A stretch of 64,000 nt of DNA from Candidatus Omnitrophota bacterium (GCA_041653595.1 JBAZFB010000002.1:4579-68578), one strand, 5' to 3'; numbered from the stretch's first letter, positions 50,855 through 61,096 are shown. Notes: generated from the sequence alone by a model not told the origin. Numbers and translations are program-made.

Positions 50855-51925
50855 TTGACCCCATATCATAAGCGCCAAAAAAAGTTGTCCGCCATTTTGC
50901 GCCGCCAGGCCATAGACTCGTTTTTTGTCAGCAAGCCGGAGAATGTCCGCTACCTGAGCGGATACGGCGGCGACGATGCCTACCTTTTGTTCGCAAAGTC
51001 CAAAAAGTACTTCATTACCGATTCGCGATACTACCTGCAGGCAAAAAAGGATGTGAAAGGTTTTAGGATAATCATCGCTAAAGTGCCGGTCTCCCAGCTC
51101 CTGGCGGAGATCTCGGCAAAGTCAAAGGCCGGGAAGACGGCTTTTGAAGCGGGACAACTGCCTTATGCGGCCTATAAACGTATAGCCGGGAAACTTGCGG
51201 AGAAGGGGATAGGATTCCTGCCGCTCGAAGGCGCGGTAGAGGGATTAAGGCAGGTGAAAGACGCGCCGGAGATAGCCCTTATCAGGGATTCGATAGCCAT
51301 ACTAGAGAACGCGGTCCTGTATTTCGAGTCTATCCTGAAGCCGGGACTAAGCGAGAATGACCTCGCTTCCAAGACAGAGTATTTCATCAGGGCCGCGAGC
51401 GGGGAGTGGGCCTCTTTTGAGATAATAGTCGCCTCGGGCAAGAACAGCGCGTTCCCCCACGCCAGGCCGAGCGACCGTATAATAAAGCCTAACGATATGG
51501 TTTTATTGGACTTAGGTGTGAGCTATGAAGGCTACAAATCCGACTTGACACGGGTATTCTTTTTGGGTAAAATTAATACCAAGCAGAAGAAGATTTACGG
51601 CATAGTAAAAGAGGCGCAGAGACGCTCAGTCAAGGCTATCAAGCCCGGCGCGAAGATATCTGAGATAGATGGAATTGCGCGGGGCTTTATTAACGCTAAG
51701 GGATTCGGAAGCGGATTCGGCCATGCCCTTGGCCACGGCATAGGGCTTGAGGTCCACGAGAGCCCGTCCGTCTCCAGCAGGAACCACGCAGAGATCAAAC
51801 CGGGAATGGTATTCACAATAGAGCCAGCCATCTACCTGCCTGATTGGGGCGGTATACGGATAGAGGATATGGTACTGGTCACAAAGAAAGGGTGCGAGGT
51901 ATTGACAGATGATATCGACAAGTGA
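50855..51925 (+). CDS. M24B Xaa-Pro aminopeptidase / prolidase family (TTG start)
   Basis: It has a creatinase-like N-terminal domain and a pita-bread catalytic domain with metal ligands (D.GV.Y.GY.SD, HG.GH..G...HE, E). Confidence 0.85.
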   Translation: MTPYHKRQKKLSAILRRQAIDSFFVSKPENVRYLSGYGGDDAYLLFAKSKKYFITDSRYYLQAKKDVKGFRIIIAKVPVSQLLAEISAKSKAGKTAFEAGQLPYAAYKRIAGKLAEKGIGFLPLEGAVEGLRQVKDAPEIALIRDSIAILENAVLYFESILKPGLSENDLASKTEYFIRAASGEWASFEIIVASGKNSAFPHARPSDRIIKPNDMVLLDLGVSYEGYKSDLTRVFFLGKINTKQKKIYGIVKEAQRRSVKAIKPGAKISEIDGIARGFINAKGFGSGFGHALGHGIGLEVHESPSVSSRNHAEIKPGMVFTIEPAIYLPDWGGIRIEDMVLVTKKGCEVLTDDIDK

Positions 51926-52469
51926 TATTAAAAACGGCTTAACGGTCAAAATAGACGGAGAAATTTTTCAAGTCATAGAGTTCCAGCACGTGAAACCCGG
52001 CAAGGGCGGAGCTTTTGTAAAAACGAAGTTGCGCAGCTTGTCTTCCGGAAATGTCCTGCCCAGGACGTTCCGTTCGGGTGATAAGCTCGAGGACGCGTTC
52101 ATCGAATATAAAAAACTCCAGTTCAGCTACGTCGCCGGCGATGAGTACCACTTCATGGAAGAAAAGACCTTTGAGCAGTTCCAGATGACCTCCAAACAGC
52201 TGGGCGACGTCACCCATTACCTGAAAGAGAACATGGTGGTCAACGCATCTTTCTACGAAGGTAAGTTGATGAGCGTAGAAGCCCCCATGTTCGTCGAGCT
52301 GGCCGTAGTGGAAGCCGATCCCGGCCTCAAGGGAGATACGGCCAAGAGCGGCACAAAAGCGGTAAAACTCGAGACCGGGTATTCCATACAAGTCCCGTTA
52401 TTCGTAAATACAGGCGACGTCCTAAAGATAGATACCCGCACAGGCGATTACGTCGAGAGAGCCAAATAA
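51909..52469 (+). CDS. efp: Elongation factor P
   Basis: It contains the block VIEFQHVKPGKGGAFVKTKLR, which includes the conserved modified Lys. It is 186 aa. Confidence 0.93.
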   Translation: MISTSDIKNGLTVKIDGEIFQVIEFQHVKPGKGGAFVKTKLRSLSSGNVLPRTFRSGDKLEDAFIEYKKLQFSYVAGDEYHFMEEKTFEQFQMTSKQLGDVTHYLKENMVVNASFYEGKLMSVEAPMFVELAVVEADPGLKGDTAKSGTKAVKLETGYSIQVPLFVNTGDVLKIDTRTGDYVERAK

Positions 52470-52488
52470 AAGCCCAAAGGGGGATAAG

Positions 52489-52938
52489 ATGAACGTAAAA
52501 GAACTCAAAGAAATGATAGCCCTGATGAACGAGAACGGCCTGACCGAAATAGAGATCGAGAGGGAGGGCCAGAGGATCAGGCTGAAGAAAGGATTTTCAG
52601 GCGCGCCCGAAGTGACCCAGGAGGGAGTATTTATCCAGCCCCAGCAGGGCCCTATCCTGGCCGTGCCGCATAAAGAACCGGAGCCTGTGAAATCAAACCT
52701 CATAGAGATAAAAGCTCCTATGGTAGGGACCTTTTACAGGTCGCCCGCGCCTGACGCGCCTTCGTTCGTCGAGGAAGGCAGCATGATAGAGCCCGGGCAG
52801 GTGATATGCATCGTCGAAGCGATGAAGCTCATGAACGAGATAAAGTCGGAAGTCAAAGGCAAGGTCGTCAACATCCTCGTTGAGAACGCCCAGCCCGTCG
52901 AATTCGGCCACGTGCTCTTCCTTATCGAGCCCGCATAA
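52489..52938 (+). CDS. accB: Biotin carboxyl carrier protein of acetyl-CoA carboxylase
   Basis: It has the biotinyl-lysine motif IVEAMKLMNEI and the classic accB-accC adjacency. Confidence 0.92.
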   Translation: MNVKELKEMIALMNENGLTEIEIEREGQRIRLKKGFSGAPEVTQEGVFIQPQQGPILAVPHKEPEPVKSNLIEIKAPMVGTFYRSPAPDAPSFVEEGSMIEPGQVICIVEAMKLMNEIKSEVKGKVVNILVENAQPVEFGHVLFLIEPA

Positions 52939-52941
52939 AAA

Positions 52942-54300
52942 ATGTTCTCAAAAATATTGATAGCCAACCGCGGAGAAGTCGCCCTGAGGATCATAAGGGC
53001 GTGCAAGGACATGGGGATAAAGTCCGTCGCCGTATATTCCGAGGCGGATAAAGACTCCCTCCATGTGAAATTTGCCGACGAAGCCATCTGCATAGGCGCC
53101 GCGGCGCCGGCAGGCAGTTACCTTAACATACCCAGTATAATAAGCGCCGCTGAGATATCCGATGTCGAGGCGATACATCCCGGATACGGGTTCCTGGCCG
53201 AGAACGCCCATTTCGCCGAAGTCTGCGAATCCTGCAATATTAAATTTATAGGCCCTACGCCTGAAGCCATGCGCCTCATGGGCGACAAGATGGCGGCAAA
53301 AGATACAATGAGGAAGGCCGGGCTTCCTATCATACCCGGCAGTTTGTCGATAGTGAAAGAAAAGGAAGAGGCCCTCAGGGTCGCGCATAAATTGCAGTAC
53401 CCGGTCATCGTAAAGGCCGCCGCAGGCGGCGGCGGGCGCGGGATGCGTATCGCGCACAACGACGTCAGGCTCGTCAGCGTCCTGATGACCTGCCAGACCG
53501 AAGCCGAGGCCGCGTTCGGTAATCCGGCGGTATATATCGAGAAGTATGTTTCCAACCCGAGGCATGTGGAGTTCCAGATAGTCGCGGATAAATACGGCCA
53601 CATCGTCCATCTGGGCGAGAGGGACTGCACGATACAGAGGCGCCACCAGAAGCTGCTCGAGGAATCCCCTTCGCCGGCGGTCGACCCCAAACTCAGGAAG
53701 AAGATGGGCGACGCCGCGGTGAAAGGCGCGAAGGCGGGGAATTACACGAATGTCGGGACGATAGAATTCCTCCTCGATGAAAACGATAATTATTATTTCA
53801 TGGAGATGAATACGAGGATCCAGGTCGAGCATCCGGTCACCGAGATGGTCACCGGTATAGACCTCGTAAAGGAGCAGATAAAGATCGCGGCCGGAGAGAG
53901 GCTCTCCTACAGCCAGGATGACATCAAATTCAGCGGCCACGCTATCGAATGCCGCATAAACGCCGAGGACGCCGACAATAACTTCATGCCATGCCCGGGT
54001 AAAGTCACGTTCTTCCATGCGCCGGGCGGGCCGGGTGTCCGCGTCGATTCGCACGTCTACCAGGGATATACTATACCGCCTTTTTACGATTCGATGATAG
54101 CCAAGGTTATAACTTACGGGAAGAACAGGTCCGAGGCGATACAGGTGATGCAGAGGGCCCTCTCGGAATTCACCATCGAGCCGATCAAGACGACGATAGA
54201 TTTCCACAAGCGCCTCACCGCAGATCCCGCGTTCCTTCGCGGTGAGGTCACGACCGAATTCATAGAGAAGAAGATGTCAGACAAGGAGGCAGCGCAATGA
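52942..54300 (+). CDS. accC: Biotin carboxylase
   Basis: It has the ATP-grasp motifs, the [14 protein letters not shown] block and a C-terminal BC domain. It is 452 aa. Confidence 0.95.
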   Translation: MFSKILIANRGEVALRIIRACKDMGIKSVAVYSEADKDSLHVKFADEAICIGAAAPAGSYLNIPSIISAAEISDVEAIHPGYGFLAENAHFAEVCESCNIKFIGPTPEAMRLMGDKMAAKDTMRKAGLPIIPGSLSIVKEKEEALRVAHKLQYPVIVKAAAGGGGRGMRIAHNDVRLVSVLMTCQTEAEAAFGNPAVYIEKYVSNPRHVEFQIVADKYGHIVHLGERDCTIQRRHQKLLEESPSPAVDPKLRKKMGDAAVKGAKAGNYTNVGTIEFLLDENDNYYFMEMNTRIQVEHPVTEMVTGIDLVKEQIKIAAGERLSYSQDDIKFSGHAIECRINAEDADNNFMPCPGKVTFFHAPGGPGVRVDSHVYQGYTIPPFYDSMIAKVITYGKNRSEAIQVMQRALSEFTIEPIKTTIDFHKRLTADPAFLRGEVTTEFIEKKMSDKEAAQ

Positions 54301-54911
54301 AAATATTGAACAGGTTAACGATGATGTTTTTCCTGATAGTCTTTATCACGATCGGCCTCTTCCTCATTGCCGTATCCATAAGGTCCGTGGAGAGCGAACC
54401 GATAATGAACGCGCTCGACTCGATCAATGCCTCTACGACTTTGCGGATCGGGGTGGGAGCGGTCGGTTTTCTTCTCATCGTGATATCATGGGCGAGCTAC
54501 CAGTTTACGGTCGCGCGCATCCAGAGGCAGAAGAACATAGCGTTCAATAATCCCGACGGCCAGGTCTCCATCTCGCTTTCGGCGATAGAGGAGTTCATAA
54601 GGAAGATAGGTTCGTCCCTTCCAGAGGTCAAGGAGATGAAGTCGGATTGCATAGCGACCAAGAAGGGCATCGATATATCCACTAAGGTCATATTCTGGGC
54701 CGACGCGAACATCCCCGAGTCCACGGAAAAGATACAGGGCCTCGTGAAGTCGAAGATACAGGAGATGCTCGGCATAGACGAGCCGATCATAATAAAGATA
54801 CACGTCACAAAGATAGCGACCCGTCCCGACGCCAAACCCGTTGCGAAGAAGGGTAAGGATAAGGACGATGTTAGCCTTCCGTTCGGCGGGTTCGATTACA
54901 GGAACGAATAA
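54297..54911 (+). CDS. AmaP-like membrane-anchored Asp23/Gls24-family (alkaline shock) protein
   Basis: An N-terminal TM hairpin is followed by an Asp23-like domain ([19 protein letters not shown]...KIHVTKIA). Confidence 0.5.
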   Translation: MKILNRLTMMFFLIVFITIGLFLIAVSIRSVESEPIMNALDSINASTTLRIGVGAVGFLLIVISWASYQFTVARIQRQKNIAFNNPDGQVSISLSAIEEFIRKIGSSLPEVKEMKSDCIATKKGIDISTKVIFWADANIPESTEKIQGLVKSKIQEMLGIDEPIIIKIHVTKIATRPDAKPVAKKGKDKDDVSLPFGGFDYRNE

Positions 54912-54936
54912 AAAAGACAAAAGGAGGAAGTACCAG

Positions 54937-55962
54937 ATGAAAAGGTTGGGAATACTTACCGGGGGCGGGGACTGCCCGGGCTTGAACCCCGTCATCAGGG
55001 CGGTCGTGAGAAAGGCCCATCTTGAAGGATATGAAGTCTTAGGCATAAAAAGCGGCTGGAAGGGCATTATCGAGGGAGATGTAATGACCCTGGATCGCCA
55101 TTCCGTATCCGGGATATTGCCGAAGGGCGGCACGATATTAGGCACCTCAAGGACCAATCCCTATAAGAAAGAGGGCGCGGTACAGAAAGTAAAAGATAAT
55201 TTCAAGAAGTTCGAGCTCGACGCCCTGATAGCCGTAGGCGGCGAAGACACGCTTGGCGTCGCCAATAGGTTGGTAAAAGAGGGATTGAAAATCGTGGGCG
55301 TCCCTAAGACCATAGATAACGACCTGGGTGAGACCGATTATACTTTCGGCTTCGACACCGCGATCAACATCGTAATGGAATGCATCGACAGGCTGCACAC
55401 TACGGCCGAAAGCCATAACAGGATAATAGTTGCCGAAGTCATGGGCCGCCATGCGGGCTGGATAGCGGTCTATGCCGGTATCGCCGGCGGCGCGGATATA
55501 ATTTTGATCCCCGAGGTACCGATAAATATCGATGAGGTATGCGCTATAATAAAGAAGCGTCACGAAAGCGGCAAGAATTTTTCGATCGTCGTCGTCGCTG
55601 AGGGCGCGAAGTTCGGAGATGAAGAGATCCTGCAGACCGAAAAGCTGGATGAATTCGGCCACGTTAGGCTGGGCGGTATAGGCCAGCAACTGGGCGGAAT
55701 GATAGAGAAGAAGACCGGCTATGAGACGAGGGTCACAGTGCTTGGCTATATCCAGCGCGGCGGCTCGCCTACGGCGTTCGACAGGGTCCTGGGCACCAGG
55801 TTCGGCATTAAGGCCGTCGAACTCGTCAAACAGGGCAAATTCGGTTATATGGTCAGCCTCCAGGGAAATAAGATAGTGGAAGTTCCCATCGAGAAAGCCG
55901 TCGGTACGCTGAAGACGGTCGATAATGACTTCTATAACGTGGCCAAAACATTCTTCGGTTGA
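54937..55962 (+). CDS. 6-phosphofructokinase, probably pyrophosphate-dependent (PPi-PFK). The start is trimmed to the ATG behind an AAGGAGG RBS.
   Basis: PFK-A family motifs are present (GILTGGGDCPGLN, PKTIDNDL). At the position of the E. coli ATP-PFK GGDGS motif it has GGEDT, and at PGTIDND it has PKTIDND. A Gly104->Asp plus Gly124->Lys pair is the published PPi-PFK signature. Confidence 0.8.
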   Translation: MKRLGILTGGGDCPGLNPVIRAVVRKAHLEGYEVLGIKSGWKGIIEGDVMTLDRHSVSGILPKGGTILGTSRTNPYKKEGAVQKVKDNFKKFELDALIAVGGEDTLGVANRLVKEGLKIVGVPKTIDNDLGETDYTFGFDTAINIVMECIDRLHTTAESHNRIIVAEVMGRHAGWIAVYAGIAGGADIILIPEVPINIDEVCAIIKKRHESGKNFSIVVVAEGAKFGDEEILQTEKLDEFGHVRLGGIGQQLGGMIEKKTGYETRVTVLGYIQRGGSPTAFDRVLGTRFGIKAVELVKQGKFGYMVSLQGNKIVEVPIEKAVGTLKTVDNDFYNVAKTFFG

Positions 55963-56531
55963 AAATGAAAAAAAAGATAGAAGGCATACTGGAAGAAAGC
56001 ATATCCGTAAAAAAAGACCTCATAACGTCGCAGGCCGGCGCTATTGAAAAAGCCGCCGACGCTGTCATCAAGTCGCTGAAGTCCGGCGGCAAGGTCATAA
56101 TCTTCGGGAACGGGGGGAGCGCCGCGGACAGCCAGCATATGGCTGCTGAACTCGTAGGGAAGTTCCTGAAGGAGAGGAAAGGGGTCCCGGCGATAGCCTT
56201 GACCACCAACACCTCGATAATTACGGCGATAGCCAACGACTATTCATATGATGAGGTATTCTCGCGCCAACTCGACGCGATCGCGGGAAATAATGATGTG
56301 GCGATTGGGATATCTACGAGTGGGAACGCGAAGAACGTCATCAGGGCTGTAGAGCTTGCCAATAAAAAGGGCATGGTCACGGTCGCGCTCACGGGACGCG
56401 ACGGCGGCGGGCTGGCCAAAATAGCGAAGATCCCCATAATAGTCCCTTCCGGGTCTACCCCGAGGATCCAGGAAGCCCACGTCATGGTGGTCCATATCCT
56501 CTGCCAGTTGGTCGAGGAGGCGTTGTTCTAA
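55959..56531 (+). CDS. gmhA: Phosphoheptose isomerase (SIS domain)
   Basis: It contains GGKV..FGNGGSAADSQH.AAELVG, and the protein has GmhA length and layout. Confidence 0.8.
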   Translation: MKMKKKIEGILEESISVKKDLITSQAGAIEKAADAVIKSLKSGGKVIIFGNGGSAADSQHMAAELVGKFLKERKGVPAIALTTNTSIITAIANDYSYDEVFSRQLDAIAGNNDVAIGISTSGNAKNVIRAVELANKKGMVTVALTGRDGGGLAKIAKIPIIVPSGSTPRIQEAHVMVVHILCQLVEEALF

Positions 56532-56551
56532 TTTACCGGCGGGGTCCCATA

Positions 56552-57055
56552 ATGACTGAAAAAAAGATAACCTCCTTTACGGAAGTAAAGGCTCTCGCCT
56601 CAAGGCTTCGCGCAAAAGGCAAAAGGATCGTTTTCACGAACGGGTGTTTCGACATCCTGCACGCCGGACACGTAAAATACCTCGAGAAGGCCAGGTCCCT
56701 CGGGGATGTCCTGGTACTTGGGCTCAACAGCGATCGTTCGGTTAGAAAAATAAAAGGGCCGTCGCGCCCCATAGTCCCGCAAAAAGACAGGGCCGCTGTC
56801 GTGGCTTCCCTCGGTTTTGTGGACCATGTGGTAATATTCGGCGATACCACTCCCCTGAAACTCATAAAGGCGGTAAGGCCCCACGTGCTCGTTAAGGGAG
56901 CGGACTGGAAAGTAGGAAAGATCGTCGGAGCCGACCTCGTGAAGTCCTACGGAGGGAAAGTCGTCGCTATACCGCTGGTCAATGGCAGGTCCACCACCGG
57001 GCTTATCCGCAGGATATTGAACACTGCGGATATCCGCAGTGCAAGAATATCTTAA
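56552..57055 (+). CDS. hldC: D-beta-D-heptose 1-phosphate adenylyltransferase (the RfaE domain II type, stand-alone)
   Basis: It is a cytidylyltransferase-fold protein with VFTNGCFDILHAGHV..L and LGLNSD.SV...KGP.RPI. It is 167 aa. Confidence 0.8.
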   Translation: MTEKKITSFTEVKALASRLRAKGKRIVFTNGCFDILHAGHVKYLEKARSLGDVLVLGLNSDRSVRKIKGPSRPIVPQKDRAAVVASLGFVDHVVIFGDTTPLKLIKAVRPHVLVKGADWKVGKIVGADLVKSYGGKVVAIPLVNGRSTTGLIRRILNTADIRSARIS

Positions 57056-57465
57056 TGAAAGAGAAGCTTTACAGGATAATTGACGCGAACCTTAACAGGT
57101 CGAGGGAAGGCTTAAGGGTCTGCGAAGAGATCGCGAGATTTGTGCTCGATGACGCGCCCCTGACGAGGGAATTCAAGGGCCTGCGCCACGGCATATCAGA
57201 CTGCATCAAGCTTTATCCCGCCAAGCTGCGCGGAATAATATCGGCGCGCGACCCGGAAGGCGATGTCGGCCGGGGCAAGCAGGCGATCGAGAGGAAGAGA
57301 AGCGGATGGAAGGAGATCTCGATAGCCAATATGGAACGCGTCAAGGAGTCGCTCCGCGTCCTGGAGGAATTCTCAAAGCTCATCGACGGAAAGATAGCCG
57401 ATAAGTTCAAGAGGCTCAGGTTCAAGGCGTATAATACCGAGAAAAAACTCGTTTCGAGGTTTTGA
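57055..57465 (+). CDS. Hypothetical protein translationally coupled to thiE (possible ThiE-associated N-terminal-type domain)
   Basis: The product is 136 aa with an LYRIIDANLNRS N-terminus. It overlaps the thiE start by 4 nt. No catalytic motifs were recognised. Confidence 0.45.
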   Translation: MKEKLYRIIDANLNRSREGLRVCEEIARFVLDDAPLTREFKGLRHGISDCIKLYPAKLRGIISARDPEGDVGRGKQAIERKRSGWKEISIANMERVKESLRVLEEFSKLIDGKIADKFKRLRFKAYNTEKKLVSRF

Positions 57466-58088
57466 TATTGCGCGATTTCAGGCTTTACGTGATCATAGAT
57501 AAGAAGGCGGTCAAGGGCCGCGACCTGGCCTATGCGGCGAAGGAAGCGATAGCCGGAGGCGCGGACGTGATACAATTCCGCGACAAGGAATCTGACGCCG
57601 CGGATGTAGTCGAGGCCGGGCGCGCGATACGCGAGGCTATAGGAAAAGACAGAGCGCTATTTATCGTTAATGACAGCCCGGATATCGCGTTAGCCGTCGA
57701 TGCCGACGGCGTGCACCTCGGCCAGGAAGATATGCCGGTCATCGGCGCCCGCTCCATATTAGGCAGGGGCAAGATAATAGGCCTCTCGACGCATTCGCTC
57801 GAACAGGCGGGCGCGGCGCAAAACAGCGGCGCGGATTATATAGGAGTGGGGCCGGTATTTTCTACGCCTACCAAGCCCGGATATAAAGCGGTCGGGCTCG
57901 ATCTGATAGAACAAGTAAATAATATGAAGGGCCTTCCTTTTGTCGCTATCGGCGGTATCGACGAGACGAATATCGACGAGGTGATAGCGGCCGGCGCATC
58001 AAGGGTTGCGGTAGTAAGGGCGGTATGCGGCGCGGAAGATATCAGGGAAGCGGCAAAAAGATTGAAGGATAAACTCACCAAAAGATGA
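57462..58088 (+). CDS. thiE: Thiamine-phosphate synthase (TTG start)
   Basis: It contains LYVIID, GADVIQFRDK, VNDSPDIALAVDADGVHLGQ.D and IG.S.H. Confidence 0.88.
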   Translation: MILRDFRLYVIIDKKAVKGRDLAYAAKEAIAGGADVIQFRDKESDAADVVEAGRAIREAIGKDRALFIVNDSPDIALAVDADGVHLGQEDMPVIGARSILGRGKIIGLSTHSLEQAGAAQNSGADYIGVGPVFSTPTKPGYKAVGLDLIEQVNNMKGLPFVAIGGIDETNIDEVIAAGASRVAVVRAVCGAEDIREAAKRLKDKLTKR

Positions 58089-59365
58089 CCCAATTAGAGT
58101 CGGCAAAAAGAGGCAAGATCACGCCCGAGATGAGGCTGGTCGCGAAAGCGGAAGGCCTCGACTTGAAACTGCTCGTCAGGAAGATATCTTCGGGCAGGAT
58201 CGTCATACCTTCCAATATACTCAGGAAGAAGGGAAGGGTCTGCGGGATCGGCGAAGGGTTAAAGACCAAGATAAACGCCAATATCGGGACATCCCAGGGT
58301 TCTTCGAGGATATCGGCTGAGCTGAAGAAACTGAAGGTCGCGGTCGATAACGGCGCGGATGCCGTAATGGATCTTTCGACCGCCGGTGATCTGCGCGCTA
58401 TCAGGAAGGCTATACTCAGGGCTTCGCCCGTGCCTGTAGGGACCGTCCCTATTTACGAAGCGGCTGTCGACGCGGACCGCAGGAAGAGGCCTATCTATTC
58501 CATGACGGCGGATGAGATGTTCGCCGTGCTTGAGGAACAGGCGAGGGAAGGCGTGGATTTCTTTACTATCCATTGCGGCGTTACGAGGAAAGCGGTGGAT
58601 TGCCTTAAGAGACAGGGCAGGGTGATAGGGGTCGTCAGCAGGGGCGGCGCCATAATGGTCGAATGGATGGCGCATAACCGCCGCGAGAATCCCTTTTATG
58701 AGGAGTTTGACAGGGTCCTGGAGATCGCGCGCAAATACGACGTCACTTTAAGCCTGGGCGACGGGATGAGGCCGGGATGCCTTGCCGATGCCAGCGACAG
58801 GGCGCAGATACAGGAGTTAATGACACTTGGCGAACTTTCCGTGAGGGCTAAACGGGCCGGCGTCCAGGTAATGATAGAAGGGCCCGGGCATGTCCCGATC
58901 AACCAGATCGAAGCAAATATTCTGCTGGAGAAAGACCTTTGCCACGGCGCGCCGTTTTATGTCTTAGGCCCGCTGGTAACGGACATAGCGCCGGGCTACG
59001 ACCATATAACATCGGCGATAGGCGGAGCGCTTGCGGCCGCCCACGGCGCTGATTTCATCTGCTACGTCACGCCTTCTGAACATCTCGGCCTGCCTTCGGT
59101 CGAAGACGTGAAGACAGGCGTCATCTCCGCCCGGATAGCCGCGCACGCGGCGGATGTAGCCAAGGGGGTAAAAGGCGCGCTCGATTGGGACATCGCCATA
59201 TCCGCCGCCCGCAAGAAGAGAGATTGGAAGAAGCAATTCGCCCTGGCCATCGACCCGTCGCGCGCAAAGGAATACAGGAACCGTTCCAAGCCGGCGGCGA
59301 AAGATGTCTGCACGATGTGCGGGCAATATTGTTCAATGAAAATATCGGAGGAATACCTGGGATAA
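58085..59365 (+). CDS. thiC: Phosphomethylpyrimidine synthase (radical SAM)
   Basis: ThiC homology runs throughout, with the C-terminal Fe-S motif CTMCGQYCSMK. It is 426 aa. Confidence 0.93.
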   Translation: MTQLESAKRGKITPEMRLVAKAEGLDLKLLVRKISSGRIVIPSNILRKKGRVCGIGEGLKTKINANIGTSQGSSRISAELKKLKVAVDNGADAVMDLSTAGDLRAIRKAILRASPVPVGTVPIYEAAVDADRRKRPIYSMTADEMFAVLEEQAREGVDFFTIHCGVTRKAVDCLKRQGRVIGVVSRGGAIMVEWMAHNRRENPFYEEFDRVLEIARKYDVTLSLGDGMRPGCLADASDRAQIQELMTLGELSVRAKRAGVQVMIEGPGHVPINQIEANILLEKDLCHGAPFYVLGPLVTDIAPGYDHITSAIGGALAAAHGADFICYVTPSEHLGLPSVEDVKTGVISARIAAHAADVAKGVKGALDWDIAISAARKKRDWKKQFALAIDPSRAKEYRNRSKPAAKDVCTMCGQYCSMKISEEYLG

Positions 59366-60270
59366 TGTCACTCTTGGTCGTAGGTTCAATAGCCTTGGAT
59401 TCGATAAAGACCCCGTTCGGAAAGGTGGATGAGGCGCTCGGCGGTTCGGCAGTATATTTCTCCTGCGCCGCGACATTCTTTAATTCGGCGCGGCTGGTTG
59501 GAGTGGTGGGCGCCGATTTCCCGGAAAAATATATCAAACTATTGGAAAAGAGGGGCGTAGATGTCACGGGGCTCAAGATCGACGGGGGAAAAACCTTCCG
59601 GTGGAAAGGCGAATACGGGTTCGACCTCAACACGGCTCACACGATCTATACGCATCTTAACGTGTTCGCCGATTTCAAGCCGGAGATCCCCGCGGAATAC
59701 CGGGACTCCGATAATGTCTTCCTGGCGAATATTGACCCTTCGTTACAACTGGATGTCCTGAAACAGGTCGACGACCCGCGCCTTATCGCCTGCGATACGA
59801 TGAACTACTGGATAGAGAACAAGCCGAAGGAGCTTAAAAAACTCCTGAAGCACGTCCATATATTTTTCGCCAACGACAAGGAAGCGCGCGAGTTTTCCGG
59901 CGAACTCAACCTCCTCAAGGCCGCAAGATATATATTTTCTTGCGGGCCGAAAATTGCTATAATAAAAAAAGGCGAGCACGGCGTTCTTTGTATCTCAAAA
60001 GATTTCATCTTTTCCTATCCCGCGTATATTCTTGAAGACCCGTTTGACCCGACCGGCGCCGGCGATACCTTCGCCGGAGGGTTTATGGGTTATCTCAGTA
60101 AAGCGAAGAGGATCAACGAGACGGTGCTGCGCAAGGGATGCGCCTACGGGACCATCCTTGCCTCATTCGCGGTCGAGGATTTCAGCGTCAACAGGATATT
60201 GAAGTTGACGGAAAGGGATATACAGGGCAGGTATAAGAAATTCAAGATGCTCATGCATCTTTCCGATTAG
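59365..60270 (+). CDS. PfkB-family (ribokinase-like) sugar or sugar-phosphate kinase. The start is trimmed to the ATG that overlaps the thiC stop.
   Basis: It carries PfkB signature 2 (DPTGAGDTFAGGF) and the N-terminal GG motif. Its substrate is unknown. It could be an HldA-type heptose-7-P kinase or a thiamine-related kinase. Confidence 0.8.
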   Translation: MSLLVVGSIALDSIKTPFGKVDEALGGSAVYFSCAATFFNSARLVGVVGADFPEKYIKLLEKRGVDVTGLKIDGGKTFRWKGEYGFDLNTAHTIYTHLNVFADFKPEIPAEYRDSDNVFLANIDPSLQLDVLKQVDDPRLIACDTMNYWIENKPKELKKLLKHVHIFFANDKEAREFSGELNLLKAARYIFSCGPKIAIIKKGEHGVLCISKDFIFSYPAYILEDPFDPTGAGDTFAGGFMGYLSKAKRINETVLRKGCAYGTILASFAVEDFSVNRILKLTERDIQGRYKKFKMLMHLSD

Positions 60271-60296
60271 GAAGAGGGCGAAACGAATTCGTTTAA

Positions 60297-60372
60297 GCGG
60301 GTGTAGTTCAGTTGGTAGAACGTCAGCTTCCCAAGCTGAATATCGTGGGTTCGAGTCCCATCACCCGCTCCA
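60297..60372 (+). tRNA. tRNA-Gly (anticodon CCC)
   Basis: It has a 7-bp acceptor stem (GCGGGUG / CACCCGC), a D-arm (AGUUCAGUUGGUAGAAC) and the anticodon loop UUCCCAA. A T-arm GGGUUCGAGUCCC, discriminator U and an encoded CCA follow. Confidence 0.9.
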
Positions 60373-60394
60373 TTTTTGGGATGGTGTATTATAA

Positions 60395-61075
60395 ATGTCT
60401 TATTTTAAAGTTTTATTTATAGCTATTCTTATCCTCTCCCTGGCGGGCTGCGCGGAGACCCCGGTCATTAAGCCGCCGAAAGGAGGCCTGCCTGTCCACG
60501 CTAAAGGCGGGACTTACCACAGGGTCGTAAAGGGTGAGACGCTTTGGAGGATAGCGAAGAATAACGGCGTAGACCTCGAGACCCTTGTCGAGGCGAACGG
60601 CCTGGCGGACGCCGGGAATATAAAGGTCGGACAGGATATACTCATACCCGCTAAACCCGCACAACCCGTGTCGAATATCACGCCTATCCCCGTGTATTCA
60701 AAAGAGGATTTTATCTGGCCGGTCAAGGGCAAAGTCATCTCGTCGTTCGGACAGAAGAGAGGATCGACGCCGAATAAAGGGGTGGATATCCAGGCGCGGG
60801 AAGGTACGGTAGTCATCGCCTCCAGGAGCGGCAGGGTCATATTCAGCGATGATAAAGTAAGGGGTTTCGGGAAGACTGTCATACTGGACCATGGCGACGG
60901 CATCCAGACGGTTTATTCGCATAATTCCGAGATACTTGTCAGGATAGGTGAAGATGTCAGGCAGGCGCAACCGGTCGCTAAAGTCGGCTCCGGGGGGAGG
61001 GGCAATTCCCCGTACCTGCATTTTGAGATAAGAAAGAGGCATAAGCCTCAGAACCCATTTTATTATTTGTCGTAA
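60395..61075 (+). CDS. NlpD-like lipoprotein (LysM plus M23 peptidase domain)
   Basis: It has a lipobox (LSLAGC), LysM (YHRVVKGETLWRIAKNNGVDLETLVEANGL) and an M23 domain (GVDI...HNSEILV..G..V..G..). Confidence 0.88.
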   Translation: MSYFKVLFIAILILSLAGCAETPVIKPPKGGLPVHAKGGTYHRVVKGETLWRIAKNNGVDLETLVEANGLADAGNIKVGQDILIPAKPAQPVSNITPIPVYSKEDFIWPVKGKVISSFGQKRGSTPNKGVDIQAREGTVVIASRSGRVIFSDDKVRGFGKTVILDHGDGIQTVYSHNSEILVRIGEDVRQAQPVAKVGSGGRGNSPYLHFEIRKRHKPQNPFYYLS

Positions 61076-61096
61076 GCCAGGAAGGTTTTATCTATA

